58,449 bases of DNA, taken from the NCBI GenBank assembly GCA_948437735.1, contig CAOJKD010000019.1, positions 1 to 58,449 of the forward strand, written 5' to 3'. The position numbers and the translations under genes were made by a program. The stretch comes from an uncultured Lachnospiraceae bacterium. Its GTDB lineage: Bacteria; Bacillota; Clostridia; Lachnospirales; Lachnospiraceae. The notes beneath the pieces are model-generated. The model worked only from the letters and a program-made list of their open reading frames with translations. It did no database searches and had not been told where the DNA came from. Below, one piece after another: positions 17,962 to 27,284 of the stretch; position 1 is the first letter of the stretch; each line of letters starts with the position of its first letter.

Positions 17962-17975
17962 TGAAATCGGTTGCA
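17962..17975. promoter_or_regulatory. Second cre-like operator TGAAATCGGTTGCA just downstream of the -10
   Basis: It matches the cre consensus at 13 of 14 constrained positions. It is a direct-repeat partner of the site at 17902-17915 (AATTATGtAATCGGTTaCAAAA versus AATTATGaAATCGGTTgCAAAA). Confidence 0.45.
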
Positions 17976-18030
17976 AAAGAGAAAATTACCGAATAAGATA
18001 TTTCATGTTTGAATAAAGGAGGAAGGTAAT

Positions 18031-20169
18031 ATGAGAAAAAAACAGTTTGGCGCATTGCTGATGAGTGCGTGTATGGTAGCCAGCATGACCGCTTGCGGCG
18101 GTGGTGATGAAAAAGAGCCTACCCCAACCCCTACTCAGGCAGCGTCCCCTACACAGGGAACTACAGAGCCGACGCCTACACCGACACCGACCGAGGCAAC
18201 GGAACCGACCGGGGAGGCTGAGCCAACACCGACGGAGGAGGCAAATGTACCGCAGGGAGATCCGGTGGTAATTCGTTATGGTACGCACTGGGTAAATGAT
18301 CTTGACCCAAATCATGTGGATGAGGTTTCCGGCGACTATACAATGAAGGAAACGGAGAGACAGGCTGCACTTGCTGCACTTGCTGCGGTGAAGGAACAGT
18401 TAAATGTCGAGTTTGAATTTATCCAGTACAGCGCAAATACAACAGAAGAGCTGATGACAAGTGTGCTTGCAGGCAATCCGGTCTGTGACCTTGCTCTGAT
18501 CTGGGGCGGCGCGGAAGGTACAGTTCTCGCGCAGAACGTACTGCAGCAGCTGGATAATTATGCTTACATATTCGAGGGTGAAGAGACATCATGGATGTTC
18601 TATGATAAGTTGTATGGACACAACTACCTGATGTCTAATGTTATCCGCTATAAGCAGCGCTGGCCGCTGATCTTTAATATCTCTATGATCGAGAAAGTAG
18701 ATTCCTTAAAGGATGCGAACGGCAAGACGATCACTCCGATGGATCACTATTTGAACGGAACTTGGACATGGAGTACATTTACTGATTATCTGACAAAGAT
18801 TCAGGCTTATTATGCAAATACCGCAGCACCGGACGGTACAGTGTATGATACGATTCAGGCTTATGAAACGGATCATCGTTTTGCAGGTCTTTCTGCAATG
18901 TATTCGGCAGGCGGTGCAATTTATGGCAATTCCGGTCTTGAGCCGGATTCCGAAGCGTCCATTAAAGGTGTGCAGTACATTGAAGATCTTTTTGAGAAGA
19001 AGCTTATGGTAGACCCTGGTGTTTATGATGATGGCTTTACACCACAATGGACAACAGCAGCATCCGACTTCGGCGCGGGCGCATGTGTATTTACAGACTG
19101 CCCTGACTGGTGGATTGGCGGCGTAGCTTCCTCCGCAGCAGACCGCGGCGAGATTATCGGTATTGTTCCGTGGCCAAGAGAAGATTCTTTAAGCGTTGAT
19201 GACCCAGAGTACTCACAGGCGATTACGCTTGGCGACTCCGTTGGTGTGTTAAAGGGTGTCAGCCCGGAAAAGACAGAGCTTGCGCTGAAAGCTTACGCAG
19301 TTTACTGGACAGAATATTACAAAGCTCTTGGCGGCGTTGATTCTGTGGTAAAATACAAAGAGGAGAGCGCGCTTACACAGCTTAGAGATATGGGAATGGA
19401 CGTATTCCATGAAGAGTACGGCGACAAGATTCTTGAGTGCTTCCTTGCAATCGGCGACAAACTTGTCAATGATTACGGCGACCTTCTTGGTATCCGTGAG
19501 ACTTGGGATGGAGTGATCGGAAAGTCCTTGTACGGTTTGGAAGGTATGAGTTCTTACGATGTTGCAGTTAAGGCAAATATGAATCTCTTTACCAATGTTA
19601 CAAGCAATATGGAATCGATTCTTGCATCGAATGAAGTACATGATAACCAGCCGCCGGCAGTTGACGGTTCGACAGCAGTCTTTGCGGCAGGCATCGACCC
19701 ATCAACAATTGTTTGGAGCGAGCACTTTACAGCAAAGGACAGTGTGGACGGCGAGCTTGATATGACAAAGGCAGAGTACAAAGTTTCTGATTCCGTAGAT
19801 TTCGCAACACCTGGTTCTTACGGCGATGCGGTGGAGGCAAAGATCTCCGATGCGGCAGGCAACACAGGCAGCAAGAAGATTAAAGTTATTGTCTACAATC
19901 CAAACAATACAACGGCTCCTACAGTTACTGCAAAAGCAGAACTTCCAACCGTTGCACTTGATACAGATACTACGACAATCAACTGGAAGGATTATATTGA
20001 ATCTGCTGTGGATGCGGATAATATTGATGTAAAAGACACAGTTGCCGCTGATCTTTCTGAACTTGATACAACAACAGCAGGAACTTACAATGTTGTTCTT
20101 ACTGTGACAGACTACGCGGGCAATACCGGAAGCGTAACCGTTGCTGTAGAGGTTGTGGCAGCAGAGTAG
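18031..20169 (+). CDS. Extracellular solute-binding lipoprotein (CUT1 ABC family) with C-terminal Ig-like repeat domains
   Basis: It has a lipoprotein signal (MRKKQFGALLMSACMVASMTAC) and a Pro/Thr-rich linker. An SBP-like core follows. The C-terminal ~170 aa form two Ig-like repeats ending DYAGNTGSVTVAVEV. Confidence 0.7.
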   Translation: MRKKQFGALLMSACMVASMTACGGGDEKEPTPTPTQAASPTQGTTEPTPTPTPTEATEPTGEAEPTPTEEANVPQGDPVVIRYGTHWVNDLDPNHVDEVSGDYTMKETERQAALAALAAVKEQLNVEFEFIQYSANTTEELMTSVLAGNPVCDLALIWGGAEGTVLAQNVLQQLDNYAYIFEGEETSWMFYDKLYGHNYLMSNVIRYKQRWPLIFNISMIEKVDSLKDANGKTITPMDHYLNGTWTWSTFTDYLTKIQAYYANTAAPDGTVYDTIQAYETDHRFAGLSAMYSAGGAIYGNSGLEPDSEASIKGVQYIEDLFEKKLMVDPGVYDDGFTPQWTTAASDFGAGACVFTDCPDWWIGGVASSAADRGEIIGIVPWPREDSLSVDDPEYSQAITLGDSVGVLKGVSPEKTELALKAYAVYWTEYYKALGGVDSVVKYKEESALTQLRDMGMDVFHEEYGDKILECFLAIGDKLVNDYGDLLGIRETWDGVIGKSLYGLEGMSSYDVAVKANMNLFTNVTSNMESILASNEVHDNQPPAVDGSTAVFAAGIDPSTIVWSEHFTAKDSVDGELDMTKAEYKVSDSVDFATPGSYGDAVEAKISDAAGNTGSKKIKVIVYNPNNTTAPTVTAKAELPTVALDTDTTTINWKDYIESAVDADNIDVKDTVAADLSELDTTTAGTYNVVLTVTDYAGNTGSVTVAVEVVAAE

Positions 20170-20353
20170 ATTTGATGACAACTTAAGTAGGAAAAACAAC
20201 AAGAAGGCAGGGGACTACGGTCTTCCTGCCTTCCTGTACTCTGAAATTAGTCTTGTATTCTATAAAATAACAAAATGGAGTACAAGTATGCAGCAAGTCA
20301 GGTAGGGAAGGGCAGCCATTTGGTCGCTGCCCTGCATCGAAAGGAAATCACCT

Positions 20354-23245
20354 ATGAAAGACAAGAAAAAGAAAAGGGGAATCCGTATCATTGCGGTGGT
20401 TGTGCTCGTTGCGCTCATAGCAGTTATCCTTATCGTTTCAGGAAAAGACGGAAACATCTATGCGACATCAGCAAACTCTGAAACGATCTACGAGTCGAGC
20501 TACGAGAACTACCTGAAAAGCAATGGATACGATGGCAGAATGTCAGGACAGACAGTGGAGATTGATTTAAACCGCTACACTGCGTCCGCAGACTGCGAGG
20601 TCACAGTTGGTCTAGAAGGGATTATGACTGGGGACACGGGACAGATTACATGGGAGTTTGATGTGGCAGAAACAGGTTTTTATAACCTGGAGTTAGGATA
20701 TATTGCTCTTCCGGGAACCACCTCGGATATTCAGAGAAAAATTTTGATTGACGGGGAACTTCCTTATGAAGATCTGGCGCGCGTCGTGATCAAGAGATGG
20801 TGGTCCGATGAAGAAATTAAACTGAAAAATAAAAATGAGATCAGACCGGGAGCTTATGAAATATACCACAATACAAGCTGGTTTGTGGAGGACTATAACA
20901 GACGCAACAATGAACCTCTGATTTTCTTCCTTACAGCGGGAAAGCATACAATCACGTTTGATGTGACAAAAGAACCGTTGGAATATACTTCGCTGCGATT
21001 TACAGCAGCGCCAGAACCAAAAACTTACGCGGAAAAAATTGCAGATCTGAAAGCACAGTATCCAGTGTATGGCGGCGAAAACATTATATGCCAGGCGGAG
21101 CGTGCGACGGAAAATACCAAAGCGATTTACAAAAGTTCCACTTCAATCAATATTCAAAAGAATTATTCCGATACGCTGTTGGAGCCGTACCATCCGTACT
21201 ATATTGTGTACAATACCATCGGCGCATCAAGCTGGGCGCTGCCGGGCGAATCTATTACATGGAGGGTTGAAGTGCCAGAGGCGGGACTGTATGAGTTGAC
21301 CGTCAAGGGCAGACAGAATTTAAACCGCGGTGTTACAAGCTACCGCAGGCTTTATATCAATGGGGAAGTTCCGTATAAAGAAGTGAATAGCGTCGGCTTT
21401 AATTATAGCAGTGACATGAACATGTATACAATTTCCGACGAAGCAGGTGAACCTTATCTGTTCTATTTAAACGCAGGTGAGAACACGATTACTTTGGAGG
21501 ATGTAATGGGACCTATGGGCGGAATTATCAGTCAGATTGAGGAAAGTCTTTCTGTGCTGAATGAAACATACCTTTCGGTAGTTCAGCTGACGGGTCAGTC
21601 TCCAAATAAATTTATCGATTATGAAATTGCAAAAAAACTTCCGAATTTTGTTGCGAATTTAAAGAGCGAGAGCGAGAATCTTTACGCTGCGATTGATGCG
21701 ATTGTTGCGATCACAGGAGAAAAAGGTGAGAACACCAGTTTGCTTGAAAAGATGGCGATGGAGGCAGAATGGCTGGCAAAAGATCCTGAGAGCGTGATCG
21801 AGGAATTAAATCAGTTTAAAAATAATATTTCCGCGATTGCAACCTGGCTTGTCAATGTTGCCAACATGCCGCTTGAGGTGGACAGCATCCTTTTATCAAA
21901 ACCGGACAGCAAATTGCCTGCCGCAAAGCATGGATTTTTTAAGGGTGCAGCAAACAGTGTAGTTCGGTTTTTCTCAACATTCTTCTACAGCACAAACCAG
22001 ATTACGGAGGAGGATGTATCAGGCAGCAATTCCATCAAAGTCTGGATGGCGTCGTTTGGACGTGAGCAGGCTCAGATTATCCAGAACCAGATTGATGAGA
22101 CATTTACGCCGGAACATAATATTTCTGTAAATCTTCAGCTGATTCCAGTTGACGTTGTGCTGCGTGCTGCTTTGGCAGGAAATGGACCAGATGTCGTGAT
22201 TGGACTTGGACAGTCTACGCTGCAGGATTTTGCAATGCGTAACGCGGTGTCGGAGCTTTCTTCTCTGCCAGGTTATGAGGAGATCGCAGGGCGTTTTTAT
22301 AAGAGCACGCTGGATTCAACAAGTTTCCAGGGCGGCGTGTACGGTATTCCAGAGCAGGCGAACTTTATGATGGTGTTTGCGAGAACAGATATTCTTGATT
22401 CTCTGGGACTTTCCATACCGCAGACATGGACAGAATTTTTGGAGATGCTCCCGGTACTTCAGAAAAACAATTACAATGCCTACATACCAAACGTACAGCA
22501 GAATGCTGGATATATCAATCTGTATTTTTCCATGGTATTCCAGAATGGCGGCGACGCTTACGGCGGAGAGGGAAAGGATTACGGTATTGTCAGCGCGCTG
22601 GAATCCGATGCAGCGATGGAGGCATTTAAAGATTTTACTGATTTTTATACCGGCTATGGCATGGAAGTGCAGGTGGATTTTACAAACCGTTTCCGAACAG
22701 GGGAAGTGCCAATCGGCGTGATTACCTACAATACATTTAACCAGCTTGAAATCTTTGCGCCGGAGATTAAGGGGCGCTGGACATTTGCTCCGATGCTTGG
22801 GACAAAGAAAGCGGATGGAACCATCGATCACAGTTTTGTTGTAGATACCGTAGCTACTGTAATTATGGCGCAGAGCAAAAAGCAGGAAGCAGCATGGGAG
22901 TTTGTCAAGTGGTGGACAGGAACCGACGCACAGCTTTCGTTTGCGAATTCTCTTGAAGCTTTGATGGGTACAGCGGCAAGATATTCGGCAGCAGATCCAG
23001 AAGTATTGCGTCAGCTTCCATGGAGCAATGCAGAGCTTAGTTCCCTGCTTTCTCAGTTTGAGGCAACGATCGGTATTGAGGCGGTACCAGGAAATTATAT
23101 GACAACACGTATGGTACAGTATGCGTTTAACGATGTGGTGGCAAAAAATGCTAATCCGCGTGAGACTTTGTATTTGAATATCAAATCGATCAACGAGGAA
23201 CTAACCAGGAAGCGCGAAGAACTGCACTTGAGCTACACAAAATAG
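20354..23245 (+). CDS. Large membrane-anchored extracellular protein: N-terminal TM, repeated beta-rich domains, C-terminal family-1 solute-binding-protein domain
   Basis: It begins with a TM anchor (RIIAVVVLVALIAVILIV). Two similar N-terminal modules follow, each ending ...GKHTITFDV / ...GENTITLEDV. The C-terminal half is SBP_bac_1-like (IKVWMASFGREQAQIIQNQIDETFTPEHNISVNLQLIPVD...). Confidence 0.6.
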   Translation: MKDKKKKRGIRIIAVVVLVALIAVILIVSGKDGNIYATSANSETIYESSYENYLKSNGYDGRMSGQTVEIDLNRYTASADCEVTVGLEGIMTGDTGQITWEFDVAETGFYNLELGYIALPGTTSDIQRKILIDGELPYEDLARVVIKRWWSDEEIKLKNKNEIRPGAYEIYHNTSWFVEDYNRRNNEPLIFFLTAGKHTITFDVTKEPLEYTSLRFTAAPEPKTYAEKIADLKAQYPVYGGENIICQAERATENTKAIYKSSTSINIQKNYSDTLLEPYHPYYIVYNTIGASSWALPGESITWRVEVPEAGLYELTVKGRQNLNRGVTSYRRLYINGEVPYKEVNSVGFNYSSDMNMYTISDEAGEPYLFYLNAGENTITLEDVMGPMGGIISQIEESLSVLNETYLSVVQLTGQSPNKFIDYEIAKKLPNFVANLKSESENLYAAIDAIVAITGEKGENTSLLEKMAMEAEWLAKDPESVIEELNQFKNNISAIATWLVNVANMPLEVDSILLSKPDSKLPAAKHGFFKGAANSVVRFFSTFFYSTNQITEEDVSGSNSIKVWMASFGREQAQIIQNQIDETFTPEHNISVNLQLIPVDVVLRAALAGNGPDVVIGLGQSTLQDFAMRNAVSELSSLPGYEEIAGRFYKSTLDSTSFQGGVYGIPEQANFMMVFARTDILDSLGLSIPQTWTEFLEMLPVLQKNNYNAYIPNVQQNAGYINLYFSMVFQNGGDAYGGEGKDYGIVSALESDAAMEAFKDFTDFYTGYGMEVQVDFTNRFRTGEVPIGVITYNTFNQLEIFAPEIKGRWTFAPMLGTKKADGTIDHSFVVDTVATVIMAQSKKQEAAWEFVKWWTGTDAQLSFANSLEALMGTAARYSAADPEVLRQLPWSNAELSSLLSQFEATIGIEAVPGNYMTTRMVQYAFNDVVAKNANPRETLYLNIKSINEELTRKREELHLSYTK

Positions 23246-23260
23246 GAAGGAGGGATAATT

Positions 23261-24253
23261 GTGGGAAAACAGAAAAAAACAATTTCCCCAATAGGGAAAG
23301 TTTCCGAACAGGGAGGAGCTGTTTCTGCAATGGAAGCGTCTGTGCAGGAAAAATTATCCCAGGACAGGAAATTTTCCTCCGTATGGAGAAGGCACAAATA
23401 TAAATATATGATGATTGCGCCGTTTGCCATTATCTTTGTTGTTTTTACATTCCTGCCGGTGGTGATTTCGATGATACTTTCCCTCACCTCCTTCGATATG
23501 GTGGAGGCGCCGGAATTTATCGGTTTTGCAAACTATATTAAGCTGATTGTCTACGATCCAATTTTCTTGACGGCAGTAAAAAACACGCTTGTGTTTGCGA
23601 TTATCACAGGACCAGTCAGCTATATTATGTGTTTCCTTTTCGCGTGGGTTGTCAACGATCTTCCGCGCATTCCGCGCGCAATTATGACGCTTGTATTTTA
23701 TGCGCCGTCCATTTCAGGTAATGCATACTTGGTATGGAAACTCTTATTTTCATCAGATACTTACGGATGGGCAAACGCCTGGATGATGAAACTGGGACTT
23801 ACAAGCGAGGCAATTTTGTGGCTGCAGACAGAAGGTTATATTATGCCGATCCTGATTGTTGTGCAGCTGTGGTTAAGCCTTGGTATCAGCTTTTTGACCT
23901 TTATCGCAGGTTTGCAGAATATGGATCAGTCACTCTATGAGGCGGCTGCGGTTGAAGGTATTAAAAACCGTTGGCAGGAACTTTGGTATATCACTCTGCC
24001 ATGTATGAAGCCACAGTTGATGTTTGGTGCGGTTATGCAGATTACAAGTTCTCTGTCTGTGTCGCAGCTCTCCATCGACCTTGTCGGTTTTCCGTCACCA
24101 AATTACGCCGGGCATACGATTTTGACGCATTTGCATGACTTTGGTAATATCCGCTACGAATTGGGATATGCATGTACGATTGCAGTAATTTTGTTCTGTA
24201 TTATGTTGATCTGCAACGTGCTTGTACAGAAGCTGTTAAGAAAACTTGGATAG
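23261..24253 (+). CDS. Sugar ABC transporter permease (MalF/UgpA-like)
   Basis: It has a GTG start 6 nt after GGAAGGAGGG, six TM helices and an EAA-like loop (EAAAVEGIKNRWQELWYITLP). Confidence 0.75.
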   Translation: MGKQKKTISPIGKVSEQGGAVSAMEASVQEKLSQDRKFSSVWRRHKYKYMMIAPFAIIFVVFTFLPVVISMILSLTSFDMVEAPEFIGFANYIKLIVYDPIFLTAVKNTLVFAIITGPVSYIMCFLFAWVVNDLPRIPRAIMTLVFYAPSISGNAYLVWKLLFSSDTYGWANAWMMKLGLTSEAILWLQTEGYIMPILIVVQLWLSLGISFLTFIAGLQNMDQSLYEAAAVEGIKNRWQELWYITLPCMKPQLMFGAVMQITSSLSVSQLSIDLVGFPSPNYAGHTILTHLHDFGNIRYELGYACTIAVILFCIMLICNVLVQKLLRKLG

Positions 24254-24262
24254 GAGGCCGCT

Positions 24263-25150
24263 ATGAAATTATTTCGATTTATTAAAAAGAAGCTGGTGAG
24301 CCGGAAATTCAAGCGGAGAAACCGGAGCGTCGGCGGAGATGCTGCCCTTATCATTATTCTTGGAATTTTCGGCATCTTCAGTCTTTTCCCGCTGCTGTAT
24401 ACGATAACAAGTGCATTTAAACCGTTCAGCGAAATTTTTATCTTTCCGCCGCGGCTGATGGTCGATAACCCGACCACAGACAACTTTGTCGATCTTGCGA
24501 CAATTATTGAGAGTTTTGCAATTCCATTTTCGCGGTATGCGTTCAACACTCTGTTGATCACGGGAATCGGTACATTCGGAACAGTGCTGCTCGGTTCCAT
24601 GGCGGCGTTTCCGATTGCAAAATATAAATTTCCAGGTTCGGAATTTATGAGCAATTTGATTGTCTATGCACTTATGTTTTCTGCCTCGGTAACTGCGATT
24701 CCAAACTATCTGATTATGAGCGCGCTGCACTTGATTGATAGCTACTGGGCTGTAATTCTCCCGGCAGTCGGCGGTACTCTTGGTCTTTACCTGATGAAAA
24801 ACTTTATGGTGCAGGTGCCGGACGCAATGATTGAGGCGGCGAAGATTGACGGCGCGACAGAATTTCAGACTTATTGGAAGGTTGTTATGCCGCTGTGTAA
24901 GCCAGCATGGATTACACTGATTATTTTCTCATTCCAGCAGATGTGGGGGACGACAGGCGGTATCTTTATCTATTCTGAGGAGTTAAAACCGTTGAGTTAC
25001 GTACTCTCGCAGCTGGTCAGCGGCGGTATTGCAAGAACCGGCGTCGCATCCGCAGTATCTTTGGTTATGCTTGTTGTTCCAGTCGGCGTGTTTGTAGTAT
25101 CCCAGAGCAATGTCATTGAGACGATGTCCACATCGGGAATAAAAGGGTAG
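24263..25150 (+). CDS. Sugar ABC transporter permease (MalG/UgpE-like)
   Basis: It has six TM helices and the EAA motif region IEAAKIDGATEFQTYWKVVMP. Confidence 0.75.
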   Translation: MKLFRFIKKKLVSRKFKRRNRSVGGDAALIIILGIFGIFSLFPLLYTITSAFKPFSEIFIFPPRLMVDNPTTDNFVDLATIIESFAIPFSRYAFNTLLITGIGTFGTVLLGSMAAFPIAKYKFPGSEFMSNLIVYALMFSASVTAIPNYLIMSALHLIDSYWAVILPAVGGTLGLYLMKNFMVQVPDAMIEAAKIDGATEFQTYWKVVMPLCKPAWITLIIFSFQQMWGTTGGIFIYSEELKPLSYVLSQLVSGGIARTGVASAVSLVMLVVPVGVFVVSQSNVIETMSTSGIKG

Positions 25151-25160
25151 GTGATACAGC

Positions 25161-26642
25161 ATGAATAAAAAAATAAAACGAATCCTCGGTATTACCTTTG
25201 TATTCATTCTGCTCGCGCTGCCAGTAAGAGCTTTGGCGTCGGATGGCAGCAGCTATGTCTATGACGGCTATACATATGATTTTTGGGCAAATGTGAAAGA
25301 AAGTCCAGCAGCATTTCAGCTGGAGCGCACGATCAGCCAGGAGAACCTTGGCGGCGCAAAACTCGGAAGCGTGGACGATGTATGCACAAGCAAGGACGGC
25401 AGAATTTTTCTTGTGGATGCTACAGAAAGCAGAGTTTTTGCACTGGATTCCAACGGAGAGCTGCTTGCGAATCTAAAGCTGATCCGCAATGCGGATAATA
25501 AAATTGCACTGGATGAGAACGGCAATCAGATTATGCTGACTTCTCCAGAGGGAGTGTTCGTCCATGAGAAAAACCGCGAGCTGTATATCGCAGATACCGG
25601 CGCGGCGCGTATTCTGGTGCTTGATCTTGACAACTATTCTTTAAAGCGCGTGATCAAACAGCCGGACAATCTGACCGGCGCAGCGCAGTTTAAGCCGTCA
25701 AAGCTTGCTGTTGACTTGGCGGATCGTATTTATGTCATTGTTCAGTCCAGCTATGAAGGAATTATTGAGCTGACGGCGGACGGAAGTTTCTCCGGGTATT
25801 ACGGCGTCAATACGCCGCGGGTGAGCTTGATTGATTATTTCTGGAAGTCGCTGGCGAGCGACGAGCAGAAGGAGCAGATGTCAAAAACTTATGCGCCGGC
25901 ATTTAACAATATCACGTTGGACGGCGAAGGGTTTATTATGGCGGTTACTTATGATTCTTCTGCGGCAGATATGGTGTTCCGTCTAAATTCAAAGGGCGGA
26001 AACGTACTGCGCGAGGAAGGAAATACTCCTGTTACCGGCGAGCTTTGGAGCATCCACAGCGACGATAACGGAAGCCGTTTTGTCGATATCGCAGTGACGG
26101 ATTACGGCACTTACGCGCTGATTGACCGCAGCCATGGAAGAATATTTCTCTACAATTTCGACGGCGAGCTGCTCAATGTATTCGGAACACTCGGAAATCT
26201 TAAGGGAGAGTTTAAAGATCCATCCGGTATTGCCTGGCTTGGCGATAAGCTTGTCGTGAGTGATAAAACTTTAAAATGTGCCTATATTATGGCTCCGACA
26301 AAGTTTGGTCAGGCGGTGCTTGACGGAAACCGCTGCTATTACAACGGAAGATGGGACGACGCTCTTGTGCATTTTGAGAAAGCGATTAACTTGAATGTAA
26401 ATTACGATGTGGCGTACAGCGGTATCGGGAAAAACTACCTGATGAAGAGCGAGTACAAAAAAGCGATGGAGTATTTCAAACTTGGTCAGAACCGGAATTT
26501 CTATTCGAAAGCTTACAATGGTTACCGCAGTGAGATGCTTGAAAAATATTTTCCGGTGATTATGATTATTTTTATCCTTTTGATTGGCTGGATGATCTTT
26601 ACAGAAGTCCGCTACCATAAGAAAGGGGGGAAGAAGAATTGA
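25161..26642 (+). CDS. Secreted beta-propeller (NHL-like repeat) protein with C-terminal TPR-like segment and TM anchor
   Basis: It has a signal peptide and repeated propeller-blade-like segments (YIADTGAARILVLD, IYVIVQSSYEGIIEL). The C-terminus shows a TPR-like pattern and the TM helix VIMIIFILLIGWMIF. Confidence 0.5.
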   Translation: MNKKIKRILGITFVFILLALPVRALASDGSSYVYDGYTYDFWANVKESPAAFQLERTISQENLGGAKLGSVDDVCTSKDGRIFLVDATESRVFALDSNGELLANLKLIRNADNKIALDENGNQIMLTSPEGVFVHEKNRELYIADTGAARILVLDLDNYSLKRVIKQPDNLTGAAQFKPSKLAVDLADRIYVIVQSSYEGIIELTADGSFSGYYGVNTPRVSLIDYFWKSLASDEQKEQMSKTYAPAFNNITLDGEGFIMAVTYDSSAADMVFRLNSKGGNVLREEGNTPVTGELWSIHSDDNGSRFVDIAVTDYGTYALIDRSHGRIFLYNFDGELLNVFGTLGNLKGEFKDPSGIAWLGDKLVVSDKTLKCAYIMAPTKFGQAVLDGNRCYYNGRWDDALVHFEKAINLNVNYDVAYSGIGKNYLMKSEYKKAMEYFKLGQNRNFYSKAYNGYRSEMLEKYFPVIMIIFILLIGWMIFTEVRYHKKGGKKN

Positions 26643-27268
26643 AAGCAGAGCTGAGTGAGAAACTTTATTATCTGAAATGCTCGATTTTCCATCCCTTTGA
26701 CGGATTTTATGAGATTCGTTTCCGTGGGAGAGGCAGCGCACTGTTAGCGATATTGCTTTTGATGATTTTTGGCATCCTGCGCTGTGTTGAGTATCAATAT
26801 ACCGGCTTTATTATGAATACAAATGAGCTGGAAACAATGAACAGCCTCTCGATCTTTTCGACCACCGTGCTTGTGCTTGTGCTTTTTGCCGTCAGCAACT
26901 GGACGGTGACAACACTGTTGAACGGCAGCGGCAATCTGCCTGCAATTATTACGGTGCTTGGCTATTCGCTGGTTCCATATATGGTCGGTGTTATTATCAA
27001 GATTTTTGCAAGTAATTTTATTATTCTCGAAGAAGCAATGATTTTAAATGTTATTGTTTCTCTCGGTCTGGTATGGTCGATCTTTATGCTGGTAGCAGGG
27101 CTTTTGACGATTCATGAATACACGTTCGGCAAAAATGCAGCAGCGATTTTTCTAACCTTTATCGCGGCGATTATTATTGTATTTATCGGAATGCTTTTCT
27201 TTACGCTGATCGAGCAGATGATCTCGTTTATTGTCTCCGTCGCGCAGGAAATGATCCGAAGAATGTAG
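26639..27268 (+). CDS. YIP1-like integral membrane protein
   Basis: It has five predicted TM helices after a short soluble N-terminus. Its start overlaps the previous stop (ATGA-type coupling). Confidence 0.5.
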   Translation: MKAELSEKLYYLKCSIFHPFDGFYEIRFRGRGSALLAILLLMIFGILRCVEYQYTGFIMNTNELETMNSLSIFSTTVLVLVLFAVSNWTVTTLLNGSGNLPAIITVLGYSLVPYMVGVIIKIFASNFIILEEAMILNVIVSLGLVWSIFMLVAGLLTIHEYTFGKNAAAIFLTFIAAIIIVFIGMLFFTLIEQMISFIVSVAQEMIRRM

Positions 27269-27284
27269 AAGGGAGGCGCCAACA

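Noticed and set aside
20275-20481. 68-aa ORF overlapping the start of the 963-aa SBP-fusion gene
   Set aside because: It lies in a different frame over the true gene's RBS and start and is Arg/Cys/His-rich, so it is a spurious overlap.
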